Sequence record: DRR378314_766
Direction: 5' to 3' (one strand)
Length of the DNA stretch: 38,846 bases
A program made the position numbers and the translations under genes. This document shows positions 1 through 9,139 of the stretch, one piece after another; position 1 is the stretch's first letter, and every line of letters begins with the position of its first letter. The notes under the pieces were generated by a model, which saw only the letters and a list, made by a program, of their open reading frames with translations, ran no database searches and was not told the DNA's origin.

Positions 1-26
1 ACCACCAAAATGGTGTTCAATAAGTT

Positions 27-33
27 GTTAGCA
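27..33 (+). mobile_element. Integron recombination core site (R' box) at the start of cassette 1; end of a divergent attC or an attI
   Basis: GTTAGCATTA (27-36) is the exact reverse complement of TAATGCTAAC (659-668) at the 3' end of the same cassette. The upstream sequence differs from the other attC ends and is cut by the window edge. Confidence 0.75.
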
Positions 34-46
34 TTATTTAAGTTTT

Positions 47-661
47 ATGGAGATATATTTGAATAACAATAATTCTCAAGCATTGGATTTTCAATTAAAT
101 GCTTGTCTAGATGCTGTAAAGGAAAGTAACAAATTAATTGAAAAATACACCTTGTTAGCATTTGTGTTTTTTTGTACTGGAGCTGTGATTTCTCTATATC
201 CAGCAGTCGATGCAACATCTCTTCTGGGGATAAAACTTACAAGAATTAGTGCAATGAATGTACTTTGGTTTTCAGGTGTTGTTGCATTTCTAATGAGAAC
301 TTTAAGTTTTTCAAGCTACGAGTTGTCTTTAACTAAATTAAAGAACTTGTACAAAGAAAGGTATAAAACAGAAATAACACCGTGGTTTGTTACTCCTTTA
401 GGCGCAATTGCATCATTTACTGTTCTTTCTGCTGGGGATGCATACTCTAAGTTAATGAAAACTATTATTGCAATTGTATTATTCTTACCATTCGTGTTGG
501 TATGTAAATTTAATATTGAAAATTTCGAGCGAGACGGCTCTCTATTAAGTACATTATTTGCGATCTCAGTTGTTTTTCTAATTTTGCTGTTCAATTTAGA
601 AGGAAAAATTGCACGTAGAGAGCTAAATAATGTTTTAGTTAAGCAACTTGATGCAACATAA
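47..661 (+). CDS. Integron cassette 1: hypothetical multi-pass membrane protein
   Basis: 204 aa ORF with several hydrophobic segments, very AT-rich, lying exactly between the R' box and attC; family not recognised. Confidence 0.8.
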   Translation: MEIYLNNNNSQALDFQLNACLDAVKESNKLIEKYTLLAFVFFCTGAVISLYPAVDATSLLGIKLTRISAMNVLWFSGVVAFLMRTLSFSSYELSLTKLKNLYKERYKTEITPWFVTPLGAIASFTVLSAGDAYSKLMKTIIAIVLFLPFVLVCKFNIENFERDGSLLSTLFAISVVFLILLFNLEGKIARRELNNVLVKQLDAT

Positions 662-761
662 TGCTAACAAGGCGTTTAAACGGAACTAAAACAGTGGGTT
701 ACGTTTCGCTTCGCTACACATTTTAACCCACTATTTTAGTCCGCTTAACGCGGCGTTATGT
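662..761 (+). mobile_element. attC: attC site 1 (100 bp)
   Basis: TGCTAAC...GTTATGT. Arms GCGTTTAAACGGAACTAAAACAGTGGGTTA and TAACCCACTATTTTAGTCCGCTTAACGC pair with two unpaired bases, the typical attC fold. Confidence 0.93.
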
Positions 762-776
762 GGTTTTTGGAGAATT

Positions 777-1100
777 ATGGATAGTTGTGAAATTAACGTA
801 GAAAGAGATAGTGTTTGTATGGGAGATGATTTCGATGCGCCACACTCTTACAATTTTAAACTCTCGTTAAATGCTTCTATTGATGATGTCTTTGCTCACT
901 TAAAAAGTGAGCATTACTTACCAAGTGTGGCTGGTAATAATCATTCTTGGGATGCAATAATTGACGGGAAGTCTATTGCTATTTTTAATGGTAACAAACA
1001 AAGCTCGGAAGCATCTATATATCTATCTTCAAAGGTCTCTGAGTTTACAGTAAACGGTATTGTGAGAATGTCTTTCCAATACAATAGTGCCACCACATAA
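777..1100 (+). CDS. Integron cassette 2: hypothetical protein (107 aa)
   Basis: GGAG RBS; the TAA stop lies inside the R'' box. The cassette ends GTTATGTGGT (755) and ACCACATAAC (1092) are complementary. Confidence 0.85.
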   Translation: MDSCEINVERDSVCMGDDFDAPHSYNFKLSLNASIDDVFAHLKSEHYLPSVAGNNHSWDAIIDGKSIAIFNGNKQSSEASIYLSSKVSEFTVNGIVRMSFQYNSATT

Positions 1101-1189
1101 CAAGGCGTTTAAACGGAACAAAAACAGTGATTTACGTTTCGCTACACATTATAACCCACAATTTTTGTCCGCTTAACGCGGCGTTATGC
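1095..1189 (+). mobile_element. attC: attC site 2 (95 bp), same repeat family as attC 1
   Basis: ACATAAC-AAGGCGTTTAAACGGAAC...GTCCGCTTAACGCGGC-GTTATGC; near copy of 662-761 lacking one TTCGC unit. Confidence 0.93.
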
Positions 1190-1212
1190 ATTATTCAGAG
1201 GTTGTACATTAT

Positions 1213-1707
1213 ATGGCAAGATTAATTTTAGTTTGTGGGCCTACAGGAGTTGGCAAAACAACTTACTCTCTATCACTCGCTAAAAAAATAGAGGCAATAA
1301 AATTCTCTATTGACCCTTGGATGCAAACACTATTTTCAAAAGATATGACAAGTCTCGATTTCGAATGGATGATGGAAAGAGTTAATCGATGCTCAGAACA
1401 AATTTGGCAGGTTAGTGAACAGATTTTGGCAATTAATGGAAACGTGATATTGGATCTTGGGTTCACTACCAAAGAGCAAAGGGATATCTTTGTTAATCGA
1501 GCAAAACTGGTTGGACTAGATCCTGAAATACATTATTTGGACGCTTCTACAGATATTCGAAAACAGCGTGTTGAGAAACGAAATACCGAAAAAGATCCGG
1601 CAGTTTATGCTTTTGAAGTAACTGACATGATGTTTAACTTTATGGAACCAAGATTTGAGGTTCCAGATGAAAATGAGCTCAAAAATGGGCGTAAAATTAA
1701 TGCATAA
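1213..1707 (+). CDS. Integron cassette 3: P-loop kinase / AAA_33-like ATP-binding protein
   Basis: Walker A GPTGVGKT near the N-terminus, VILDLGF Walker B-like segment, RxxxR lid. Start set at ATG 1213 after GAGG. Cassette ends GTTATGCATTA and TAATGCATAAC are complementary. Confidence 0.85.
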   Translation: MARLILVCGPTGVGKTTYSLSLAKKIEAIKFSIDPWMQTLFSKDMTSLDFEWMMERVNRCSEQIWQVSEQILAINGNVILDLGFTTKEQRDIFVNRAKLVGLDPEIHYLDASTDIRKQRVEKRNTEKDPAVYAFEVTDMMFNFMEPRFEVPDENELKNGRKINA

Positions 1708-1752
1708 CAAGGACAATAACAAACACCCAATAACAAATAACAAAGACACCCA
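1702..1752 (+). repeat. Degenerate terminal attC: R'' box followed by stacked TAACAA repeats
   Basis: GCATAACAAGG starts like the other attC sites, then TAACAA occurs at 1705, 1717, 1731 and 1738; no right arm or R' box found. Confidence 0.7.
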
Positions 1753-1905
1753 TCACAAAGTTTGTAATTTATTTGCTCAATTAAAGTGGCTGTCTACTTT
1801 ATTTGGCTGCAAAAAGCAGAAGTTGCCGAGAAGACCCAAACCATCACTCTAATGCTATTGATTTCGCACAGGCTGTTTGGCAGTCACATTTGACCTTGTA
1901 CAAAC

Positions 1906-1980
1906 TATTGTCGACACTTTTAACGCGTTTCGCCTAACATTACAATATAATAGTAAGTATAACTATATATTGTCGACAAT
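1906..1980. promoter_or_regulatory. Tandem GntR/FadR-type operator sites
   Basis: TATTGTCGACA at 1906-1916 and 1968-1978; the second extends to the perfect palindrome ATTGTCGACAAT (1969-1980). Confidence 0.65.
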
Positions 1981-2019
1981 TAGTGGTTTAATAGCCTCAC
2001 TTAAATATTGGAGGTGGCT

Positions 2020-2712
2020 ATGAGTGTTTATGATTTTTTTGGAACTGTTAATACTGTTTTTATTTTTGTCAGTTTGTATGGTGTTTTGTCGCAAGTAAGA
2101 ACAATTTGGCGTAGGAAGAAAGAAGAAGTAGGCACTGGTTCTACAGAGTTGTTATCTATTAATCAATTTATTGTCAGTTACTTAGCGTACTTCTCGTTTT
2201 TTATTTATGGTTACTCTATAGAGCCTTTTAATCATTACATAGTGTGGCCTCGTTTGATAGCAACTATACTGGTAGGCGTTATTTTGTATGAAATATGGCT
2301 TGATAGAAAAACAAATGCGTCTACTTACGCTGTTTTAATTGCTTTAGTTTCTTTAACGTTAGGAATGGCGGGGCTGTTTTATGGTGATACATTTGTTGAC
2401 GAAGGACGTTATGTGTCGACAACTATCATTCTCGTCATATCGCTTTTAATAGCGCAAGGTTATTATCATCAAATAAAGTTAATTATCAAATCTGGTGCTA
2501 CAGGTGCAGTCGATTTAAAAATGAGTCAATTTATTTTTATGATGGATATTTCAACTATCGCCTTTGCTTTGAGTATGGGAATTGAAAACGGTTGGCCATT
2601 AATGGTTCTTGCTATAACGAGTGGAATAACAAAAATAATCATAATGTATTTGTTCAAATGGGTTAAGTTAAGCCCTGTGGCTATAGAGCGTAGAAAAGAA
2701 TACAACAGTTAA
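2020..2712 (+). CDS. 7-TM PQ-loop/SWEET-like membrane protein
   Basis: GGAGG RBS before ATG 2020. Two internal repeats (SQVRTIWRR..GSTELLS and HQIKLIIKSGATGAVD), each followed by hydrophobic helices. Confidence 0.6.
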   Translation: MSVYDFFGTVNTVFIFVSLYGVLSQVRTIWRRKKEEVGTGSTELLSINQFIVSYLAYFSFFIYGYSIEPFNHYIVWPRLIATILVGVILYEIWLDRKTNASTYAVLIALVSLTLGMAGLFYGDTFVDEGRYVSTTIILVISLLIAQGYYHQIKLIIKSGATGAVDLKMSQFIFMMDISTIAFALSMGIENGWPLMVLAITSGITKIIIMYLFKWVKLSPVAIERRKEYNS

Positions 2713-2785
2713 TATGATAAATAATATGATTTATTTTCCACCTGCAATGTCAATGAACTAAAGACGAATTTCGCCAATGAGCGAG

Positions 2786-2817
2786 AAGCAGGCTTACTTT
2801 ACTCATTAAGCCTGCTT
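2786..2817. terminator. Stem-loop between convergent genes
   Basis: AAGCAGGCTTA...TAAGCCTGCTT 11-bp inverted repeat. Confidence 0.6.
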
Positions 2818-2862
2818 TAAAATACACTTGTTGTTTACCTAGACGAAAAGCCTATATGGGGT

Positions 2863-4047
2863 TCAATCTTTCACTAAGTTTAAGCTTGCGTCCTTTCTAT
2901 CAAGTATTCCGCTATAACGTGTTAATACAAGCGCAACTAAAACAACCACTGCGCCTGCCCAAGGTGTATTCATCAAGCCATGCTCAGCAACAATATTACC
3001 CCCTCCCCATGCACCTATTGCAATACCAATATTAAAAGCTGCGATATTTAAACCTGATGCAACATCTACGGCGTGTGGTGTGTGTTTTTCGGCTAACTTA
3101 ACTACGTATACTTGTAAACCGGGTACATTTCCAAAGGCAAAGGCTCCCCAAACCAAAATAGTAAGCACGGCGGTAGTCGGGTTGTAAGCTGTATAGCCCA
3201 ACATAAATAATATGCCTGCAAGACCTGCGAAAATAATTGTTAAAGCTTTAATTGGGCCATAGTTATCGGCCATTTTACCGCCCCAGATATTGCCCAAAGC
3301 AACTGACACACCATAAACTAAAAGTATCAAGGCTACAGAGCTTGAATCAAAACCACTTACTTCATTAAGGATAGGCGCTAAGTAAGTAAATGCGATAAAA
3401 GTTCCACCGTAACCAATAGCCGTAATTGCATAAACTAATAGTAATCGAGGGTGAGTTAAGACTTTTAACTGGGCTGTAATATTTGTTGGTTTAGCTTGTT
3501 TTAAATTACTCGGTACTAAAATGGCACTGCCAATCATAGCCAGTAAACCTAAAATTGATACGGTTAAAAAAGTTGCTTCCCAGCCAAAAACTTGACCAAT
3601 ATAAGTGCCCAGAGGAACCCCTGTAACTAAAGCGACAGTTAATCCTGTAAACATAATGGCTATAGCGCTTGCGCCTTTTTCTTTAGGTACTAAACCTGTC
3701 GCAATGGTCGATCCTATTGAAAAGAATACACCATGTGCTAATCCAGTTAAAATTCTGGCTATTATCAAAGCCTCAAAACTCGGTGCTTGCCATGCCACTA
3801 AATTGCCAATAACAAATAAGCCCATAACAGATAGCAATACATGTTTTCTGTTCCACCTACTGGTTAGCGCTGTTAACACCGGTGCGCCAATGGCCACACC
3901 TAAAGCATATAGACTGACCAGTAAGCCTGCTGAAGGTATTGATACATTAAGGTCTTGTGCCATTGTTGGAAGTAGTCCAACAATCACGAATTCTGTTGTT
4001 CCTATGGCAAAAGCGCTAAGCGCTAATGCTATCAATGCAAGTGGCAT
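2863..4047 (-). CDS. MFS transporter, DHA1 / AraJ-like family
   Basis: N-terminal AFAIGTTEFVIVGLLP, RILTGLAHG and GVPLGT motifs, about 12 TM. Start set at the ATG after GGAG. Confidence 0.93.
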   Translation of the reverse strand: MPLALIALALSAFAIGTTEFVIVGLLPTMAQDLNVSIPSAGLLVSLYALGVAIGAPVLTALTSRWNRKHVLLSVMGLFVIGNLVAWQAPSFEALIIARILTGLAHGVFFSIGSTIATGLVPKEKGASAIAIMFTGLTVALVTGVPLGTYIGQVFGWEATFLTVSILGLLAMIGSAILVPSNLKQAKPTNITAQLKVLTHPRLLLVYAITAIGYGGTFIAFTYLAPILNEVSGFDSSSVALILLVYGVSVALGNIWGGKMADNYGPIKALTIIFAGLAGILFMLGYTAYNPTTAVLTILVWGAFAFGNVPGLQVYVVKLAEKHTPHAVDVASGLNIAAFNIGIAIGAWGGGNIVAEHGLMNTPWAGAVVVLVALVLTRYSGILDRKDASLNLVKD

Positions 4048-4163
4048 CATGATCTCCAAATAAGTATATGTAATAGATATAAAGTAATGCGCGAAATTAA
4101 ATCGCTTACTTTATTTGTTGACGGCATTATTAACTGATAAACTTTTGTTATAAATAGTGCTAT

Positions 4164-4182
4164 TTACAAAATACTTTTGTAA
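4164..4182. promoter_or_regulatory. Putative LysR operator
   Basis: TTACAAAA-TAC-TTTTGTAA inverted repeat in the divergent MFS/LysR intergenic region. Confidence 0.5.
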
Positions 4183-4196
4183 TAAATGAGGTTAAT

Positions 4197-5084
4197 TTGA
4201 GTTTAAAAACAAGATCTGACGACTTAGAACTTTTATTAGCTGTTATTGAATTTGGTGGTTTCTCTGCTGCCGCAGATGCACTTAATATTCAGGTGGCGCG
4301 TATTTCTCGCTCAGTGACTAAAATTGAAAAAGCCCTTAACACAGCCATTTTAATTAGAACGACTAGGCGAGTGATGCTAACTGATGAAGGTAAAAAGTTT
4401 ATCGATGCGGTTACTTTAGGCTTAAAACAAATTCAAAATGCGGAATCTTCCCTTATTGTTAAAGGAAAAGTGCTTCAAGGTAAATTACGTGTCGACGCTG
4501 TGAGTCCTTTTATATTTCACCAATTAACACCTCATATTAATGCATTCACTAAGGCTTATCCTGAAATAGAGATTGAATTGAACTCTAACGAAGAAATTGT
4601 TGATTTAATTGAAAAACGAACTGATGTTGCGATAAGAATTGGAAAATTAGAAGATTCAACTTTACATGCTAGCGCATTAGGAAAAAGCCCGCTTTTTGTA
4701 GTCGCATCACCTAAATACATTGCACAAAGTGGTTTACCAAAAACGCCCGATGAACTTAAAAACCATAAGTTAATTGGTTTTTCAAACATTAAGTCACTCA
4801 ATCAATGGCCTGTAAAAGGCTTAAATAATATAAACCCTAACATGACAGCGAGTAACGGAGAAACCATTCGGCAACTAGCTTTATCTGGAAGCGGTATTAC
4901 TTGTTTATCAGGTTTTATGGTTAATTCAGATATTGCAGAAGGTCGACTAATATCACTTCTTGAGCCATATAGGTTAATGGGTTCTGATCGTGAATTGGTA
5001 AATGCTGTTTACTATAAATCCCCACCGGTTGCTGAGAGAGTTAAAGCATTTATTGATTTTATTAGACCGAGATTAACATTGTAA
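4197..5084 (+). CDS. LysR-family regulator (CrgA/DmlR/YafC-like)
   Basis: HTH GGFSAAADAL...SRSVTKIE...RTTRRVMLTDEG; DVAIRIG; VASPKY. Confidence 0.95.
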   Translation: MSLKTRSDDLELLLAVIEFGGFSAAADALNIQVARISRSVTKIEKALNTAILIRTTRRVMLTDEGKKFIDAVTLGLKQIQNAESSLIVKGKVLQGKLRVDAVSPFIFHQLTPHINAFTKAYPEIEIELNSNEEIVDLIEKRTDVAIRIGKLEDSTLHASALGKSPLFVVASPKYIAQSGLPKTPDELKNHKLIGFSNIKSLNQWPVKGLNNINPNMTASNGETIRQLALSGSGITCLSGFMVNSDIAEGRLISLLEPYRLMGSDRELVNAVYYKSPPVAERVKAFIDFIRPRLTL

Positions 5085-5186
5085 TGATTGATATTTGTGA
5101 CGGCTATTGGCGCTTTTCGAAGTTCAGCTATGTGCTTGTACTAATAACAGAGACTTTACTTCAAATCAAACCTATAAAATAAAGCT

Positions 5187-7523
5187 TTAAATTTTCAGGT
5201 CTTTTAGTTTCAAACTAACTCGTTTCGCTAATTTTCTTGTGCGTTGTTGATGCTCCTGCAATACAGTATTGAATTCAGCTTGATGCTGCGTAGGCTTCAA
5301 TAAATGATCGTCTTGCAAAGTCCACCATTCTCGATCAAAGGTTTCAAGCCAGCCATGATTTAACGCTTTACGCAAATGCTTTATAGTTTTAGCAGGGTTA
5401 TGCAACTGAGCGTTTACTTGAGCTAACGCCATATCTGCCTGTGCTTTGTCATGAACCTTATTTAAAAGAAGAAATTGCTCCACATTATTTAATACAACAT
5501 TGGCGTACTCTTGTTCATTTAACTTCAATAAGGTTGCGCCATAGAGCAGCAACGCTAAATAATTGTCACTTGTCACTTCAATTACGCCGGCATTACGCCA
5601 ATCAGCATAAAGGTTTAACAATGAAGTTTGGGCTTGCTCATACATAGCAGCTCTATATTGCGCAATAGCTAAACTGTATTTGTACTTATAGCTATTTGGT
5701 TGAGTGTCACTTAGTTGTTCTAATAGAGAAACTGCGTTAATTGGCTCACCTTTGAGGCCGTAATCTATTAGCTTGAGAGAGTTTTTAAAATGTTCGTGTT
5801 TTGATGTCATGCGAGCCAATATTTTATTGGCTTCTTCATCCTGCCCAATACTTAAGTACGAAAATATAACCTGCTCACAATATTCGTCACTAGAGCAATA
5901 TTCAAGCTGCTCGCTATTGCTTAAGTGCCATTGAGCGATGGCATTAATTGAGCTTGGCGTATTGCGAAATATATGGGTGGATTCAACAATGTTTGGATCT
6001 CGCTCCGGTTCCAAAATTATAGCTCTACGATACAGATTTTGCGCTGTATCTAACTTTCCTCTAATTGCTAAATATCGGCTATATATGCTTTTTAATGATG
6101 CTGAAAGAGGGTTTAAATCAATGGCATGCTCCATATGTTTTATGACTAACGCTTCTTTTCCCATCTGGTTTAGTAGTGAGCTATACCAATGGTGTGTTGT
6201 TGCATTGTCTTCAAGCGCTAAGGAACGTTCGAACTTTTTCTGTGCTTCATTCAAGATAGTTAAAGGGGCTTCGGAGTAACTTGCATTAAGAGTCAATAGC
6301 ACCCCTTTAGCTGCAAGCGCCATCGACGAGTTTGGCTCTAAAGCTAATGCTTGCTCTATATGAGGAAGTCCTTTATTAACCGACTTTTTCGCACTCCAAT
6401 TCGCGTAATAATGAAATTGGCTGTAAGTGATGGCCAGTCCAACGTGTGCGTTCACGTAATTAGGCTCTAACTCGAGACTATGTTTAAAATAAGTCTCTGC
6501 TTTTGATAGTGAGGTTGGCGTTCTTTGCCGCCAGTGATATTGACCCATTAAAAACCATTCGTATGCTTGGCTGTCTATTTTCTTTTTGGTCACGATTTGG
6601 GCTTGTGAACTTGGTTGAATAGTCAGCCTAATTTCGCGGCTTATTTTATCCTGCAAACTGAATAAATTTGATTTTGTACTGTCAAAACTTTTTGCCCAAA
6701 GCAATCGTCCATCAAACGTGCTAATTATTTGTACATTTACTCTTACTTGATCCGCTGATTTTTGGACGCTACCGTCTAATAAAGCTTCTACCTTAAGGGC
6801 GCTACCAATTATGGATGGATCCTTATTTCCTCTGAAGTTGAAAGAAGATTCACGAGAAATTACCTTTAAAGGTTTTGATTGAGAAAGCTGGTTAATGATT
6901 GCGTCAGAAAGTCCCTCTGTAAAATGTACATTGTCTTCATTATCATTTAGGTCTTCAAAGGGTAATACAGCAATTGAGCTAATAGCTACATAATCATCAT
7001 TCTCAGGTTCTTGATATACTCGAAAGAAAATAACGATAATGATGACGGCAATTAACAGCAATAAGAGCGAACTTTCTATAAAATTAGGTTTACGATAGTT
7101 CGTTTGTAAATTAAGCGTATTTGAGGGCGCTTCTGGTGGTTGCGTGTTTTCTACTAGCGGTTTTACGGCTGCAACTAAACAATAGCCAACATTAGGTATC
7201 GTTTTGATAAATGTTGGTTGGCGAGCATTGTCTCCTAATGCTTTTCTAATTTTACTGATCGCTACAGATAATATCTCTTCGTTGACAATACTCTCTTGCC
7301 AAACATGCTCAATAATTTGTCCTTTGGTTACACTTTTACCAGCATTATGAATGAGAAATAAAAGCACTTGCATACTCTTATTATCAATTGACTTTTGTTC
7401 GTTATTGTCTTTAAACGTATTGGTGATTGGACAGACAACCCATCGTCCTAATTGATATTTTTGACTGTTTTGCAAAGACATATCCGAAAAGTAATTTTTC
7501 TGAAGTGTATTATAACTGAACAA
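5187..7523 (-). CDS. CadC-like winged-helix regulator with TM, TolB-like and TPR domains
   Basis: HVW...LSVAISKIRKALGDNARQPTFIKTIPNVGY wHTH; one TM; SIAVLPFED; AYEWFLMG TPR region. The true start may be ATG 7481. Confidence 0.9.
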   Translation of the reverse strand: MFSYNTLQKNYFSDMSLQNSQKYQLGRWVVCPITNTFKDNNEQKSIDNKSMQVLLFLIHNAGKSVTKGQIIEHVWQESIVNEEILSVAISKIRKALGDNARQPTFIKTIPNVGYCLVAAVKPLVENTQPPEAPSNTLNLQTNYRKPNFIESSLLLLLIAVIIIVIFFRVYQEPENDDYVAISSIAVLPFEDLNDNEDNVHFTEGLSDAIINQLSQSKPLKVISRESSFNFRGNKDPSIIGSALKVEALLDGSVQKSADQVRVNVQIISTFDGRLLWAKSFDSTKSNLFSLQDKISREIRLTIQPSSQAQIVTKKKIDSQAYEWFLMGQYHWRQRTPTSLSKAETYFKHSLELEPNYVNAHVGLAITYSQFHYYANWSAKKSVNKGLPHIEQALALEPNSSMALAAKGVLLTLNASYSEAPLTILNEAQKKFERSLALEDNATTHHWYSSLLNQMGKEALVIKHMEHAIDLNPLSASLKSIYSRYLAIRGKLDTAQNLYRRAIILEPERDPNIVESTHIFRNTPSSINAIAQWHLSNSEQLEYCSSDEYCEQVIFSYLSIGQDEEANKILARMTSKHEHFKNSLKLIDYGLKGEPINAVSLLEQLSDTQPNSYKYKYSLAIAQYRAAMYEQAQTSLLNLYADWRNAGVIEVTSDNYLALLLYGATLLKLNEQEYANVVLNNVEQFLLLNKVHDKAQADMALAQVNAQLHNPAKTIKHLRKALNHGWLETFDREWWTLQDDHLLKPTQHQAEFNTVLQEHQQRTRKLAKRVSLKLKDLKI

Positions 7524-7776
7524 TGCTGATTAACCTTTACTTTTTATCGTATGCAAACAACGCCTTGTCTTATTTTGCTATAAAAACATAAAGCCTAATA
7601 AACTCATGTATTTAACGATTGATTTTAGAACATTTAATATGATTTAAGTTGGGTAAGGTGCAGTTCAAATGTACTTTGTGCGTACTTTATTTGCGTTTTG
7701 GTAATGAGTTTTGTGAAATTAAATATCAGTTTTAAAACGCAAACATATTTTCGATATTATAATTATAGGAATAAAC

Positions 7777-8964
7777 ATGTTCGCAAATTATCGGTTCAAA
7801 TTACTCACTGCATTACTTCTACTTATTTCGTTTGCGGGCTTTTCAAAAGCCACTGAGCTTAAAGCACCAAGAGCCTCAGCCGAAGAGGTTAAAATAGACT
7901 TTTGGGACATGGCTCCACTAGAAAAGGCCTTTATCAATATTGCACCAGAAAAGTTAGCAGACAATATAAAAGTAGGAAAACTGGGTATTGATGGAGGTAA
8001 CAAAACTCCTATATTAAAGTTAGCTAAAGCGTTAGCTGAAAGTAAGTATGGGAAATATGACAGTTTACTTATTAGCTACAAAGATAAACTATTGTTTGAG
8101 TCTTATTATAAGCGTGGACGAATCGATTTACCTCATTTCCAGTTCTCTGCCACCAAAGGGCATACTAGTTTAGTTTTAGCTAGAGCCATTCAATTAGGTT
8201 ATATCACAATGGCTGACTTGAATAAGCCTTTGATGAGTTTTTTTAAAGAACTAGATACCAATAAGTTGGCAGAGGGTGCAGAAAAAGTCACTTTACATCA
8301 CGTGCTTTCAATGAATTCTGGCCTTAGGTTCACTGATGAACAACTTAAAGACTTTAGAGAAAACCGTGATAAATATTCCGGCGTTGCTGAAGTGCAAGCT
8401 TTCTTGGAGTTCACCAAGCCAATAACTAAAGAGTCTCAGGTTTACAAATACCAAGCACCCGATCCCATTTTAGTAATGCACGTTTTGAACGCGGTTGTGC
8501 CAGGAACAGCTAAAGACTTTATTGAGAAAGAGTTCTTAAACAAAATGGGGATATTTAACTATGAGTGGAAGCTAGGCCCTAAAGCACTTCCAAAGGCAGA
8601 AAGTGGCCTGAATTTAACCCCTCGTGACATGCTCAAAATAGGAAAAATGATTATCAATAAAGGACGGTGGAAAAATGAGCAGCTTATATCAGGAAACTAT
8701 TTAATGGCTGCATTTAAAGCAGTTACCAAGCCAACTCAAAGTTGGGTCCCAGCGAGTTTTAATTATGGCTATTTATGGTACCAGACCGACATCGCTTTAA
8801 ATAATAAAAACTACAACGTTAATTTTGCTTGGGGAGCGGGTGGAAACCGAATCATTGTAGTTAATGAGCTTGATTTAGTGATAACCGTAACTGGTCATGA
8901 CGAAGAAGATGTCGTTTTTGAGCCGCTAGTTAAAGCAATATTGCCTGCATTTATTAAAAGCTAA
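7777..8964 (+). CDS. Secreted serine hydrolase, beta-lactamase (class C-like) family
   Basis: Signal peptide, SATK (SxxK), LHHVLSMNSG, YKYQ, LTPRDMLKIG, YGYLWY, AWGAGGN. Confidence 0.88.
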   Translation: MFANYRFKLLTALLLLISFAGFSKATELKAPRASAEEVKIDFWDMAPLEKAFINIAPEKLADNIKVGKLGIDGGNKTPILKLAKALAESKYGKYDSLLISYKDKLLFESYYKRGRIDLPHFQFSATKGHTSLVLARAIQLGYITMADLNKPLMSFFKELDTNKLAEGAEKVTLHHVLSMNSGLRFTDEQLKDFRENRDKYSGVAEVQAFLEFTKPITKESQVYKYQAPDPILVMHVLNAVVPGTAKDFIEKEFLNKMGIFNYEWKLGPKALPKAESGLNLTPRDMLKIGKMIINKGRWKNEQLISGNYLMAAFKAVTKPTQSWVPASFNYGYLWYQTDIALNNKNYNVNFAWGAGGNRIIVVNELDLVITVTGHDEEDVVFEPLVKAILPAFIKS

Positions 8965-9139
8965 TACTAAATGGCAGACAACTAAGTAGATGTGTAGTTG
9001 CCTGCTATCAATTGTCAGATAGAAACCAGATCAATATCAGGCTTTACTTATGATTTATATTTCTTTGCTTTGCAAAAGTGGTAATAGATAGCTTTTATAT
9101 TGGGTAAACCTGACAGTTCAAGTTAAGGTTTACTCAATT

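Noticed and set aside
662-1189. Repeats read as a CRISPR array
   Set aside because: The repeats are about 100 bp, separated by whole genes, and have attC core boxes; no cas genes are present.
1655-1852. 65-aa ORF over the end of cassette 3
   Set aside because: It overlaps the kinase gene and reads through the TAACAA stutter; no recognisable motif.
7777-8964. Calling this gene ampC
   Set aside because: It lacks the YxN and KTG motifs, so only a family-level call is justified.
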